This document shows positions 14,686 through 24,962 of a stretch of DNA of 64,000 nucleotides, piece by piece. Origin of the DNA: Pyrinomonadaceae bacterium. GTDB taxonomy: Bacteria > Acidobacteriota > Blastocatellia > Pyrinomonadales > Pyrinomonadaceae. The notes beneath the pieces are model-generated. The model searched no databases, was not told the DNA's origin, and was given only the letters and a program-made list of their open reading frames with translations. The stretch spans positions 620,340 to 684,339 of the forward strand of contig JBKBYA010000001.1 of NCBI GenBank assembly GCA_046313635.1, given 5' to 3'. The position numbers and the translations under genes are program-made. Every line of letters begins with the position of its first letter. Position 1 is the first letter of the stretch.

Positions 14686-14773
14686 CGGAGGAGCAGTGTA
14701 CATTGGCGCTATTCTTCAGATGTGTCGCGACTTGTTTGCCTCTCGCCGTTGCTCGCCATAGACTTTTAGCTAG

Positions 14774-16438
14774 ATGAAAGTCACCCTCGCGCAGATCAAT
14801 ACGACAAATGGGGATCTTGACGGCAATGTGCAGAAGATCATTGCGGCGATCGCTAAGGCAAAGGCCGACGGGTCGGATGTCGTGGTGTTTCCAGAGGTCG
14901 TGACGCACGGCTATACCTCGCAGGACTGGTTTCAGGACCGCGACATTATCGAGCACGCCGGCGACCCCTTGGATAAGATCATCCCCGAGACGACCGGCAT
15001 CACGGCGATCGTCGGGACGATCCGGCCGAATACCGACGGCGACGGGCCGCGGCTTTATAACTCTGCGGCGGTCATCCGCGACGGCAAGCTGGTCGGCTAT
15101 GCAGACAAGACCCTGCTGCCCGAGTACGACGTGTTTGACGACCCGCGGTACTTCAAGCCGGCGGCGAAACGGCGAATATTCGAGATTGACGGGCACAAGC
15201 TCGGCGTCGTCGTGTGCGAGGACTTTTGGAACGACAAGACCTTTTGGCGCGAGCGGCTGTACGACAACGACCCGGCCGACGAGGTGATCATGCTCGGGGC
15301 GGACGTCGTCATTGCGATCAACGCTTCGCCGTACAACAAGGGCAAGATCAAGCTGCGCGCCGACATGGTCGCGCATCGCGCGCGGCTGCAAAAGAAGCCG
15401 ATCGTTTTCGTCAATCTCGTCGGCGGCAACGACGGCATCGTCTTTGACGGTGCGAGCCTGATCGCCGACGAAGAGGGCGACATCATCCTGCAGGCGCCGG
15501 CATTCGAGGAGTTTGTCGAGACGGTCGAGCTCGACTGCCGCAGGCCGGACGCGCGCGGCATCACGGGAGCCGAGTGCGACGCGATCCGCGGGGCCCTCGT
15601 GCTCGGCATACGCGATTACGCGCGGAAGAATGGTTTTAAGAAAGCGCTGCTCGGCTTGTCGGGCGGCATCGATTCGGCGCTGGTCGCAGCGCTGGCGGCC
15701 GAGGCGCTCGGGCCCGAAAACCTTTTGTGCGTGATGATGCCTTCGCCCTTCTCGTCCGAGGGCAGCATCAAGGATTCAGAAGAGCTGGTCAAAAATCTCG
15801 GCTGCGAGAGCCGCATCGAGCCGATCTCCGATGCGTTCGAGGTTTTGACGCGGCAGCTCAACCTCCACAAGCCGACCCGCGGAGGCGAGAGCCTCGCGGC
15901 CGAAAATCTCCAAAGCCGACTGCGCGGCGTCATCCTGATGGCGATCTCGAACGCCGAAGGGCGACTGCTGCTCTCGACGGGCAACAAGAGCGAGCTCGCC
16001 GTCGGCTACTGCACGCTCTACGGCGACACCAACGGCGGCCTCGCGGTGCTCGGCGACGTGCTCAAGACCGAGGTCTGGGAGATCGCGCGCAACATAAACA
16101 AGACGGCAGGCCGCGAGGTCATCCCGAATGCGATAATCGACAAAAAGCCCTCGGCCGAGCTGGCCCCGAACCAATTCGACCAGGACTCGCTGCCGCCGTA
16201 CGAGCTGATGGACCCGATCCTCAAAATGTACTTTGAGCAAAAGGCCTCGCCGTCCGAGATCGTCGCCGCGGGTCACGACGCCGAGCTCGTCTATTCGATC
16301 CTCAACAAGGTCGAGCACCCGGCGAACGAATTCAAGCGCCGGCAGCTCCCGCCCACGATCATCATCTCGCGCAACGCCATCGGCGTCGGCCGCCGCAGGC
16401 CGATCACGCACAAATACCGACGGTCGGGAAATGCTTGA
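14774..16438 (+). CDS. nadE: Glutamine-dependent NAD+ synthetase
   Basis: Nitrilase-like domain (FPE, KTLLPEYDVFD, VCEDFW) plus LGLSGGIDS, ENLQSRLR, TGNKSELAVGY, PSAEL, EFKRRQ. Confidence 0.96.
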   Translation: MKVTLAQINTTNGDLDGNVQKIIAAIAKAKADGSDVVVFPEVVTHGYTSQDWFQDRDIIEHAGDPLDKIIPETTGITAIVGTIRPNTDGDGPRLYNSAAVIRDGKLVGYADKTLLPEYDVFDDPRYFKPAAKRRIFEIDGHKLGVVVCEDFWNDKTFWRERLYDNDPADEVIMLGADVVIAINASPYNKGKIKLRADMVAHRARLQKKPIVFVNLVGGNDGIVFDGASLIADEEGDIILQAPAFEEFVETVELDCRRPDARGITGAECDAIRGALVLGIRDYARKNGFKKALLGLSGGIDSALVAALAAEALGPENLLCVMMPSPFSSEGSIKDSEELVKNLGCESRIEPISDAFEVLTRQLNLHKPTRGGESLAAENLQSRLRGVILMAISNAEGRLLLSTGNKSELAVGYCTLYGDTNGGLAVLGDVLKTEVWEIARNINKTAGREVIPNAIIDKKPSAELAPNQFDQDSLPPYELMDPILKMYFEQKASPSEIVAAGHDAELVYSILNKVEHPANEFKRRQLPPTIIISRNAIGVGRRRPITHKYRRSGNA

Positions 16439-16464
16439 TCTCTGTGCAGGTCTAGACCGGAGCG

Positions 16465-16535
16465 ACTATCCACTACCAACCATCAACTATCAACTGAATG
16501 ATCCAGTGGATAGTTGATAGTGTGTAGTGGATAGT
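16465..16535. repeat. Inverted heptamer array (ACTATCM)4 / (KGATAGT)4
   Basis: actatcc actacca accatca actatca actg..cagt ggatagt tgatagt gtgtagt ggatagt; between convergent genes. Confidence 0.85.
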
Positions 16536-16547
16536 GTTTGCTCGCTT

Positions 16548-17660
16548 TTATTTTGCGTAGTAGCCCTGTCTTGCTCGCAGCTTGCGGCCGGTCGGGTTTG
16601 TGAGTCCGACGTCGAGCTTGACGAATTTTCCCTGCGGGAATTCGGTCTCCGAGTAGTACTGCACCAGATACTGCGCCCGCAGCTCGTTGGCGAGTTGGCG
16701 AAAGATCTGCTCGAGCGTCGCCTGATTGCGCTTCATATTGTTCGCGTTGGCGTACTCGTCCTTTGTATCGATGGGCAAAAACTTCGGCAGAAAGGCGGTG
16801 CCGCCGGTCTGGTCGGCAAACTTCTGCATATTCTCCTGACCAAACGCGCTCATCTTGTTCAACTGGTACGAGCTGCCAGCCGGATTGATCGAGTAAAAGA
16901 CCGTGTCGGCGTCCTGCAGCGCCTTGAGCACCTTGGCCTGCTCGGCGGTCTTGGCCGCGTCGCGGGCCCGGACGCGAAGCTCGCGCAGCTTTTCGCCCTG
17001 AACGTTGTCGGCGATCTTTCGCTCGGCGTCCCAGATCGCTCTCAGCACGCCCTCGCTGTTGGTGTCCTCGCCGTCAGAGATGATGACGATCACTCGTCGC
17101 GAGCCTTCGGGAGCGCTCCGTCTGAGGTGCTCGGCGGCCGCGCGGAGCGAATCGTAGAACGCGGTCTGCTGCTTTGTGGGTTGAATGGCGCGGATGCTGA
17201 CAATCGATTTTTCGGCCGTATCGCGCGACTGGATGAGTGTCGCTTTTTCACCGACGGTGAAAACGGACGCGCGGTCTTTAGCACGAAGAACATCCTGCAG
17301 AAACTTTGCAGCCGTCTCCTGTTCAAACTTGAACATCGCATCGGTGCTCGCCGAGATGTCAAACAGCAGCGCGATCTCGAGCGGGACCTCTTCGGCATTG
17401 CCGACGTTCTCTATTTTTTGCGCGCGGCCCTCCTCGGCGATGCGAAAATCGTTGGCCGTCAGACCCTGAACCGCAACGCCGTTGGCGTCGGTCACCGACA
17501 CGGGCACGACGACGAGCCGCGACGATACTTTGATGACGCCTTCGTCGTCATTGATATGCGGCGTCGGCTTGGGCGTCGGCGTCTGCGCAAATGCATTGGC
17601 CGAGAGAGCGATAACAAAAGTGAGAGCGGAGAGCAGCGAGGCGGGAAAAAAAGATTTCAT
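16548..17660 (-). CDS. Exported VWA-domain protein (acidobacterial VWFA-related type)
   Basis: Signal peptide, LVVVPVSVTD, FDISAS MIDAS-like motif, TAFYD, ISDGED, TGGTAF, ARQGYY. Confidence 0.9.
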   Translation of the reverse strand: MKSFFPASLLSALTFVIALSANAFAQTPTPKPTPHINDDEGVIKVSSRLVVVPVSVTDANGVAVQGLTANDFRIAEEGRAQKIENVGNAEEVPLEIALLFDISASTDAMFKFEQETAAKFLQDVLRAKDRASVFTVGEKATLIQSRDTAEKSIVSIRAIQPTKQQTAFYDSLRAAAEHLRRSAPEGSRRVIVIISDGEDTNSEGVLRAIWDAERKIADNVQGEKLRELRVRARDAAKTAEQAKVLKALQDADTVFYSINPAGSSYQLNKMSAFGQENMQKFADQTGGTAFLPKFLPIDTKDEYANANNMKRNQATLEQIFRQLANELRAQYLVQYYSETEFPQGKFVKLDVGLTNPTGRKLRARQGYYAK

Positions 17661-17702
17661 AAACTTCCTTTTGTCGGTTTGATCGCCGCTCGCGCGGCGA
17701 CC

Positions 17703-17760
17703 AAAAATTAGAGGGCAAAATCGGCGAAATGGTTTTAGCCAATTTCGCCGCTTTGCCCTC
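17703..17760 (-). terminator. Long hairpin/terminator downstream of the OmpA-like gene
   Basis: gagggcaaa..cggcgaaat / atttcgccg..tttgccctc, followed by taattttt on the minus strand. Confidence 0.65.
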
Positions 17761-17777
17761 GCCTCTTAACTCAAAAG

Positions 17778-18785
17778 TTACTGCTGGTCGTCGGTGCTCT
17801 GGGTCTGCTTGACCTCGACATTCTGGTTAATGCCGCGGCTGACCAAGAGCTTGACCTCGACGCGACGATTCTGCGCGCGGCCCTCGCGGGTCGTATTGTC
17901 GGCAACAGCCTGGAGCTCGCCAAATCCGTACGACGTACCGATGCGGCGGAGCGGGATGTTGTGATTCTCGACGAGATAGTCGATGACGGCCTGAGCACGA
18001 CGCTGGCTGAGCGCCTTGTTCATCTTGGTGCCGCCCTCACTCGAGGCAAAGCCCGTGATCTCGATGGTGTAGCCCTTCAGGTTCTGCGAGGCCATCGCGA
18101 CCTCGTCGAGCTGGGCCTTGGCCTCAGGCGAGAGGACGGAGCTGCCGACCTTGAAGTTGACGGTCGCCGTCGACTGCACGACATAATCGTCGAGCGCCGA
18201 GATGCGCTGGTTGGTGGCGTTGACGCCCGCTACCGCGGCGTCGGCCGTTTCCTGGGCCGCCTTGGCACCGCCGCGGGCGGCGTTAGAGATGGCCAGGAGC
18301 TCGTCGATCTGTCCCGAGAGACGCTGCGCGTTCTGCTCGGCGACGGTCAGACGCTCCTCGGTCGGCGTGACGCGCGTGTCGATCGACTGTGCGACGCGAA
18401 AGTCGTCCTTGTCAAAGCGGATCTTGGTCGCGGCCAGATTGCCCGACGCGTCGCCGCGGCCCTCGACGGTCATATAGAGACCGCGAACGATCTGATTCGA
18501 GGGGATGCGGTCGCCGCCGCCGAAGAATCCGCCGTTGGTCTTGATGCTGGCGTTCGGGGTGACGACGATACGGGTGTCATTGCCGGTCGTATCGCGGATG
18601 ACGAATGTCGCTTCGTCCTCCTTTGAGACCACGGCACCCTGGATCTTGTACTTCTGACCGCTGGCCAGCGAGCGCACCTGAGTCGAACCGGAGGCCGTCA
18701 TCGACGCATCCTGATTCGACTGAGCGTACGCGCTCGCCGAGCCGATGATGACCGCGAGCAACATTACTGAAAATCTCTTCAACAT
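17778..18785 (-). CDS. OmpA-family peptidoglycan-binding protein with N-terminal beta domain and coiled coil
   Basis: AAGGAG RBS, signal peptide, VNFKVGSS, ITGFASS, NKALSQRRA, RAQNRRVE. Confidence 0.9.
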   Translation of the reverse strand: MLKRFSVMLLAVIIGSASAYAQSNQDASMTASGSTQVRSLASGQKYKIQGAVVSKEDEATFVIRDTTGNDTRIVVTPNASIKTNGGFFGGGDRIPSNQIVRGLYMTVEGRGDASGNLAATKIRFDKDDFRVAQSIDTRVTPTEERLTVAEQNAQRLSGQIDELLAISNAARGGAKAAQETADAAVAGVNATNQRISALDDYVVQSTATVNFKVGSSVLSPEAKAQLDEVAMASQNLKGYTIEITGFASSEGGTKMNKALSQRRAQAVIDYLVENHNIPLRRIGTSYGFGELQAVADNTTREGRAQNRRVEVKLLVSRGINQNVEVKQTQSTDDQQ

Positions 18786-18978
18786 AAGCAAACTCCTTCT
18801 TAGTTCAATATAGCTAAATTCAATTTCACGCCTAAAACTAGACGCGAATTGTCGGGAGTCAGTTGTTCCAGAAACCGGCAACTTCTAATTTATTTATTTC
18901 GAAGTCCGTGCCGCTCACAGTGCAGAGCTGCCGTTCGTCTTAACCTGAAACATCCCTCGTCCGTTCGGTGGGAGGCTC

Positions 18979-18994
18979 TTCAATCACCGTGCCA
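18979..18994 (-). promoter_or_regulatory. Possible sigma-54 promoter
   Basis: TGGCAC-GGTGA-TTGAA versus consensus TGGCAC-N5-TTGC; mismatch at -12. Confidence 0.35.
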
Positions 18995-19273
18995 CTTCAA
19001 AGGCATGGCTTTTCAATGTCACGAATCATGCTTAACACGCGCGGGCTGCCGAATGGATGCAAAAAGTTTCCGATCTACCGGTTTTGGCCGGGTGACGCAT
19101 GACGTATGTGGCCCGCGCGGGCCGCAAGCCCAAAACCGATTGTATGCAATCCGTGCGTTATAAGCCTGATCAACGGAAATAAACGGGGAGGAGCAGCGCG
19201 ATTGAAAAATACAGTATTTGCGGCACGAATGCCAGAAATATCAAGGGCGGCCTTATCGGGCCGCCCTCGCGTG

Positions 19274-21010
19274 TCAGAGACTGAACTGGCCGGTCTCGAG
19301 ATTTCGCTTGACGGCCGAGAGGAACTTTTCGGCGTCGGCCCCGTCGACTATGCGGTGATCGTATGTCAGCGAAAAGTACGCCATCTGCCTGATCGCGATA
19401 TAGTCGTCGCCCTCGGGTGAGGTAAAGACCCTCGGCCGCTTTTCGATCACGCCGACGCACATTATCGCGACCTGCGGCTGATTGATGATCGGCGTGCCGT
19501 ATAGACCGCCGAAGACGCCCGGATTGGTGATCGTGAACGTCCCGCCCTGCACCTCGTCGGGACTGAGCTTTTTGGTCCGAGCGCGATCGGCGAGATCGTT
19601 GGCCGCAAGTGCGAGTCCCGAGAGCGAGAGCGTGTCGGCACGCTTGATCACCGGCACGATCAATCCCCAGTCGAGCGCGACGGCCATCCCGAGATTGATG
19701 TCGCCCTTGTAGATTATGTTCTCGCCGTCGACCTGCGCGTTTACGACCGGGAACTGGCGTATCGCGTTCGTCACGGCCTGGAAGATGAACGGCATAAAGG
19801 TCAGCTTCGTCCCGTAACGCGACTGGAGGTCGGCCTTGTGACGATCGCGGAACTTGGCGACGTTGGTCATGTCGATCTCGTAAACGCTGGTCACGTGAGC
19901 CGAGGTCTGCTTGGAGTAGACCATGTGCTCGGCGATCTTTTTGCGCATCACCGACATCTTTTCGACGCGGTCGGCGGCCGATGCCGTGACGGGTGCGGGC
20001 GTGAATTCGACACGCGGCTGCTGTGTCGGAGCGGGCGAGACCGACGGGGCCGTCGGAGCGTCCTTTCGGAGCAGGTCCTGCGGCCTGAGCGCGGCGCCGG
20101 ACTCGATAAAGGACATTATGTCTTTCTTCGTCACGCGGCCGCTGATGCCGCTGCCGGGAATGCGTGTGATGTCGATGCCGTGCTGGCGGGCGATATTGCG
20201 AACGACCGGGCTGCTCTTGATGCGGCGAAGTTCGTCGACCGTCGTCGTGCCGTTGGCGCCCGCGTTGACCGGAGCGGGCGTCGCCGGCGATGCGGACGCG
20301 GCGGCCGCGGCGGGAGCCTGCGGCTTGGGCTCTTCGGTCTGCGGGGAGGCGACGGGCTGCGAGGGCGTCGCCGCAGGTGCCGAGCCTTCGGCGCCGACAC
20401 GTGCCAGCACCGAGCCGACCTCGACGGTCTGGCCCTCGCCGACGAGGATCTCGAGCAGCGTGCCGGCGGCCGGCGACGGCACCTCGGCGTCGACCTTGTC
20501 GGTCGAGATCTCGAGCAGCGGCTCGTCCTTTTCGATCTTTTCGCCGACGGCCTTGAGCCACTTCGAGACCGTGCCCTCGGTGATCGACTCACCCATTTGC
20601 GGCATCACGACGTCGGTGGATGGAGTTGCAGAGCTTGCGGAAGTTGCGGGAGCTGCAGAGGTCGGAGCGGCTGCTGTTGCGGCCGCAGGTTCGGCCGGTT
20701 CGGGCTGCGGAGTAGCTGCCGGCTGACTGGTGACGGCCGACTGCTGACCGCTCGATACCGCAGGCTGTTCGCCTTCGGCGCCGATGACGGCGAGGACGGT
20801 ACCTACCTCGACCGTTTCGCCTTCGTTGTGACGGATCTCGAGCAGCACACCGGCGCCGGGACTCGGCACCTCGGCATCGACCTTGTCGGTCGAGATCTCG
20901 AGGATCGCTTCGTCCTTCTCGACGCGTTCACCGACCTTCTTCAGCCATTTCGAAACGGTGCCTTCGGTGATCGACTCGCCCATCTGGGGCATCACAACTT
21001 CAACGCTCAT
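19274..21010 (-). CDS. sucB: 2-oxoacid dehydrogenase E2 (dihydrolipoamide acyltransferase) with two lipoyl domains
   Basis: Two near-identical MPQMGESITEG..EISTDKVDAEVPSP domains, SSPVVR..GSGISGRVTKKD binding domain, YDHRIVDG; substrate specificity uncertain. Confidence 0.85.
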   Translation of the reverse strand: MSVEVVMPQMGESITEGTVSKWLKKVGERVEKDEAILEISTDKVDAEVPSPGAGVLLEIRHNEGETVEVGTVLAVIGAEGEQPAVSSGQQSAVTSQPAATPQPEPAEPAAATAAAPTSAAPATSASSATPSTDVVMPQMGESITEGTVSKWLKAVGEKIEKDEPLLEISTDKVDAEVPSPAAGTLLEILVGEGQTVEVGSVLARVGAEGSAPAATPSQPVASPQTEEPKPQAPAAAAASASPATPAPVNAGANGTTTVDELRRIKSSPVVRNIARQHGIDITRIPGSGISGRVTKKDIMSFIESGAALRPQDLLRKDAPTAPSVSPAPTQQPRVEFTPAPVTASAADRVEKMSVMRKKIAEHMVYSKQTSAHVTSVYEIDMTNVAKFRDRHKADLQSRYGTKLTFMPFIFQAVTNAIRQFPVVNAQVDGENIIYKGDINLGMAVALDWGLIVPVIKRADTLSLSGLALAANDLADRARTKKLSPDEVQGGTFTITNPGVFGGLYGTPIINQPQVAIMCVGVIEKRPRVFTSPEGDDYIAIRQMAYFSLTYDHRIVDGADAEKFLSAVKRNLETGQFSL

Positions 21011-21086
21011 AAGATCTCCGTGTAAATAAGTTCAAAAAATATGCGGGTCAATAAAAGATTAGGATACTAAACTCGCCATCGAATTG

Positions 21087-21554
21087 TTAACTTAACCGCA
21101 CTCGCCTCACGCGCGAGCGCACGGCGGACGCGAGCGCGTCGGCGCCGACGACCGTCTCGGGCAGACGGACGCGGCGGCGACGGGCTGCGTCCTCGAGGTC
21201 GAGCCGGACGGCTCCGCTACGGCCGGCGGGCGCTTCATGCAGGGCAAGGTCGCTCCACTTTGCCGAGAATTTACGATATTCGATGCCGTGCTCGTACACC
21301 TTTACGACCGAGCGGCGGAGCGAGAACATCCCGAACATCGTCGCGAGATACACGATCAGGAACGCCGTCGCGAGCACGAAGTAGCCGATATTCTGCCGGA
21401 CGTAAAACCCGACTATCATCGCCAGAAAAAAGACAAAGGACAGCACGGCGACAAACGCCGCCCGCTGCACGTATGCCGGTGCGATCGGATGCACCGAGAG
21501 CAGCCGGCCCAGGTCGCCGCGAGACGTCTCGGCCGTCGTAGTTTGATGGGCCAC
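21087..21554 (-). CDS. Two-TM hypothetical membrane protein
   Basis: Two hydrophobic helices then VKVYEHGIEY; GTG start estimated just after the upstream stop. Confidence 0.7.
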   Translation of the reverse strand: MAHQTTTAETSRGDLGRLLSVHPIAPAYVQRAAFVAVLSFVFFLAMIVGFYVRQNIGYFVLATAFLIVYLATMFGMFSLRRSVVKVYEHGIEYRKFSAKWSDLALHEAPAGRSGAVRLDLEDAARRRRVRLPETVVGADALASAVRSRVRRVRLS

Positions 21555-21562
21555 AAAATTCG

Positions 21563-21838
21563 TCAGGAGTTTGCTCTCGACGGATCGATCAGTGCCCGCA
21601 CCTCGGAAATGCGGTTCGCCGGGAAGCCGCTCTCGCGGGCGTGCTCCTCGATCAGCTCGCGGCTGGGAGCAGTATAGACGCAGTAGATCTTGTCGTCGGT
21701 AACGTAGCTGTGGATCCACTGGATATCGGAGCCGAGCCGGTCGAGGACGCTGCAGGACTTTTGCGACGCGGCCTGAAGGTCGCCGGACGACATGCCGCCG
21801 GCGCCTGGAATGTCTCGTTCGATCACGAATTTTGGCAT
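21563..21838 (-). CDS. DUF4242 family protein
   Basis: MPKFVIERDIPG, WIHSYVTDDKIYCVY, HARESGFPANRI; GAGG RBS. Confidence 0.9.
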   Translation of the reverse strand: MPKFVIERDIPGAGGMSSGDLQAASQKSCSVLDRLGSDIQWIHSYVTDDKIYCVYTAPSRELIEEHARESGFPANRISEVRALIDPSRANS

Positions 21839-22028
21839 CTCTAACCTCGTTATGTTTGGTGTTCGCGGGCCCGTCGGGCCTCTCGCGTCTGTTGTTTCGC
21901 GGGCTTTTAACGGATTATAGTAATCAAGACCCGTCCTTTAGGGAAGAATCGAGATCTTGATCCAAATGCACATCGAGGCAGCCGGGGGGCCCGCCGCCCG
22001 CGACGGTGCCTTTCCGCTTTCCGACACT

Positions 22029-24236
22029 ATGAAACGATCCATCCTCATTGCCTTATTGTTTGCCGCATTGTGCGCACAGGCTCTCGCTCAGCAAACGACC
22101 CGCACGCTGACGGCCGACGATTACGCCCGGGCCGAGAAGATGCTCGCCTATAACACCGCGCCGCTTATCGACCGCGCGGGCGTGCAGCCCAATTTTTTGC
22201 CCGACGGCCGCTTTTGGTATCGCGTGCTGACGCCGACGGGCTGGGAATATGTTTTGGTCGACCCGGCCAAGGGCACGCGCACGGCTGACGCCGACAGGTC
22301 TAAGCTCGGCATTCCCGAGACGACGGCCGCCGTACCGGCGGGCCGACGCGGCTCGGGCGGCAGCGAGGTCGTATCGCCCGACGGCAAAAAGGCTGTTTTC
22401 ATCCGCGACTGGAACCTCTGGCTGCGCGACATTGCCAGCGGAAAGGAGACGCGGCTGACGGTCGACGGCACGGAGAACTTCGGTTACGCGACCGACAACG
22501 CAGGCTGGCGCAAGAGCGATCGGCCGATCGTGCTGTGGTCGCCTGATTCGAAAAAGATCGCGACCTTTCAGCAGGACCAGCGCAACGTGCCCGATATGTA
22601 TCTCGTGACGACCAACGTCGGCGCGCCGCGGCTCGAAAAATGGAAGTATCCGCTGCCTGGCGAACCCATCATCACCATCCAGCGCGTCATCATCGAGCTC
22701 GAGACGCCGCGGGTCGTGCGTCTGCAGATGCCGCCCGACGCGCGGCGCGGTACGCTCTGCGACGATATCTCTTGCACGGGCAAATTTGACGACAACTACT
22801 GGAACGCCGATGCCTCGCAGCTCGCATTTGTCTCGACCTCGCGCGATCACAAAGAGGCGAGGCTTCGCATCGCCGACGCGGCGACGGGCGAGGTCCGCGA
22901 CGTCTACACCGAGACCGTCAAGACGCAGTACGAGTCGGGCCAGGGCGAAGTGAACTGGCGCTACCTGCCGGCGACGAACGAGTTCATCTGGTACTCGGAG
23001 CGTGACGACTGGGGCCACCTCTACCTCTACGATCTCAAGACCGGACAGCTCAAGAATCAGATCACCAAGGGCGAGTTTGTCGTCACACAGCTCGTCAGGG
23101 TGGACGAGAAGGATCGCGTTCTGTACTTCAACGCCAACGGCCGCGAGCGGGGCCGCGACCCGTACTTCAGCCACTTTTACAAGGTCAACTTTGACGGCTC
23201 GGGCCTTACGCTGCTGACGCCCGATGACGGCAATCATCAGGTGACGCTCTCGCAGGACGGCAGGTATTTCGTCGACACCTTCTCAAAACCGGACGTGCCG
23301 CCGACGACAGTTCTGCGCGACATGAACGGCAAACAGATACTCGTTCTCGAAAAGACCGACGTCTCGCGCCTCGCCGCCGCCGGATGGAAGCCGCCGACAC
23401 CCGTCACCGTCAAGTCGCGCGACGGCCGCTGGGACCTGTACGCGCTGATGTTCACTCCGACCAACCTCGACCCGAACAAAAAATATCCGGTCGTCAACTA
23501 CATCTATCCCGGCCCGCAGGGCGGCGGCGTCGGCAGCCGCTCGTTCGCGGCCTCGCGCAGCGATCACCAGGCGCTTGCCGAATTGGGATTCGTCGTCGTT
23601 GTGATCGACGGCACGTGCAATCCAGGCCGCTCAAAGTCCTTTCACGACGTCTGCTACGGCAATATGGCCGACAACACTCTCGAGGACCAGATCGCGGGCC
23701 TCAAGCAGCTCGCGCAAAAGTACCCGTATCTCGATCTCGACCGCGTCGGTGTCTGGGGCCACTCAGGCGGCGGCTTTGCGACGGCGGCGGCGATGTTTCG
23801 CTATCCCGAGTTTTACAAGGTCGGCATCTCCGAATCGGGCAATCACGACAACCGCAACTACGAGGACGACTGGGGCGAGCGCTATATCGGCCTGATCAGC
23901 GGCGACAATTACGAAAAGCAGGCCAATCAGAATTACGCGCAAAACCTCAAGGGCAAGCTCCTGCTCGTACACGGCGCGATGGACGACAACGTGCCGCCGT
24001 ACAACACGTATCTCGTCATCGACGCGCTCGTGAAGGCGAACAAGGATTTTGACCTGATGATCTTTCCCAACGCCCGGCACGGCTTTTCGGCGAACGCGGT
24101 GACAGGCCTCGACCTGAACGCCAATTACTACATGATGCGTCGCCGCTGGGATTACTTTGTCAAGCACCTGCTCGGCGCCGAACCGCCGAAGGAGTTCTTT
24201 CTCAAGCCGAAGAACGACCCGCGGACGGCGAGGTAG
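22029..24236 (+). CDS. S9B dipeptidyl-peptidase IV-like exported peptidase
   Basis: Signal peptide, beta-propeller region, YPGP, nucleophile GHSGGG, HGAMDDNV, NARHG. Confidence 0.93.
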   Translation: MKRSILIALLFAALCAQALAQQTTRTLTADDYARAEKMLAYNTAPLIDRAGVQPNFLPDGRFWYRVLTPTGWEYVLVDPAKGTRTADADRSKLGIPETTAAVPAGRRGSGGSEVVSPDGKKAVFIRDWNLWLRDIASGKETRLTVDGTENFGYATDNAGWRKSDRPIVLWSPDSKKIATFQQDQRNVPDMYLVTTNVGAPRLEKWKYPLPGEPIITIQRVIIELETPRVVRLQMPPDARRGTLCDDISCTGKFDDNYWNADASQLAFVSTSRDHKEARLRIADAATGEVRDVYTETVKTQYESGQGEVNWRYLPATNEFIWYSERDDWGHLYLYDLKTGQLKNQITKGEFVVTQLVRVDEKDRVLYFNANGRERGRDPYFSHFYKVNFDGSGLTLLTPDDGNHQVTLSQDGRYFVDTFSKPDVPPTTVLRDMNGKQILVLEKTDVSRLAAAGWKPPTPVTVKSRDGRWDLYALMFTPTNLDPNKKYPVVNYIYPGPQGGGVGSRSFAASRSDHQALAELGFVVVVIDGTCNPGRSKSFHDVCYGNMADNTLEDQIAGLKQLAQKYPYLDLDRVGVWGHSGGGFATAAAMFRYPEFYKVGISESGNHDNRNYEDDWGERYIGLISGDNYEKQANQNYAQNLKGKLLLVHGAMDDNVPPYNTYLVIDALVKANKDFDLMIFPNARHGFSANAVTGLDLNANYYMMRRRWDYFVKHLLGAEPPKEFFLKPKNDPRTAR

Positions 24237-24260
24237 CTGCTCGTGTTTAAAAAACGATCG

Positions 24261-24293
24261 GAGGCTGTCTGAAAAGACAGCCTCGTTTTATTT
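24261..24293 (+). terminator. Terminator-like hairpin
   Basis: gaggctgtc-tgaaaa-gacagcctc-gttttattt. Confidence 0.65.
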
Positions 24294-24375
24294 GGTCAGT
24301 CGATCACTGTTTCTGATCTTGCCGAATTTGCCGCTTGCCTTTTTTCAGCAGCTTGTCACTGGTGACGATTCGTCG

Positions 24376-24415
24376 GCTTTTCCGCAAATAGACGGGCGGA
24401 GCCCGAAGAAGTTGA
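24376..24415. repeat. Partial copy of the 12480-12519 REP-like element
   Basis: gcttttccgcaaatagacgggcggagcccgaagaagttga; two mismatches to 12480-12519. Confidence 0.8.
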
Positions 24416-24466
24416 TCGTGCCGCCGGGCCGGGTGACCTGCACCGACTCCAGCGGGCGTGGCGATC

Positions 24467-24904
24467 TTAATCCCGAAGCTCCCTGGTCTCCTCCTCCGAC
24501 TCGTCAAACAAGACGCTGACCGGCGTGTGCGCAGGCGGGAGGTCGGCGGCGCGGGCGGCGAGGTCCTTCTGCAGCCGCTCGACGGCTTCTTTGCCGCGTT
24601 CAAAATCGTCGGCCGCCAGCTTGAGAGTGAGCTTGCCGTCCTTGTTTGGCAGCTCCGCAAGCTTTGCGAACGTGGTCGTGCGGATCTCGATCTTTGCGCC
24701 GCGCTTGAAAACACCTTTGCGAAACTTCACATCAAGCAGTTCCGCGACCGGCAGCCGAACTTCTTTCACGCCGCCCGGCAGTATGCCGAAGAGCTTTGAT
24801 TCGAACTCAAGCACGACGCCCGCCGAAGAGAATTTTGCGACGCCGTTGACGCTCGAGAGACCGCTCTCGGTCTTGAATGGAACGGTGATGAATCCGGAGT
24901 GCAT
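24467..24904 (-). CDS. Hypothetical protein
   Basis: Natural-looking ORF MHSGFITVPFKTESG..LFDESEEE filling the gap after the BNR-repeat gene. Confidence 0.7.
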   Translation of the reverse strand: MHSGFITVPFKTESGLSSVNGVAKFSSAGVVLEFESKLFGILPGGVKEVRLPVAELLDVKFRKGVFKRGAKIEIRTTTFAKLAELPNKDGKLTLKLAADDFERGKEAVERLQKDLAARAADLPPAHTPVSVLFDESEEETRELRD

Positions 24905-24962
24905 AGGCGGCGGTCGATCTTCTCTCTCCCAGTACACGAGATTAACCGAAAGCCGGAGAATT

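Noticed and set aside
20465..21000. DNA duplication within the E2 gene
   Set aside because: Explained by ordinary tandem lipoyl domains
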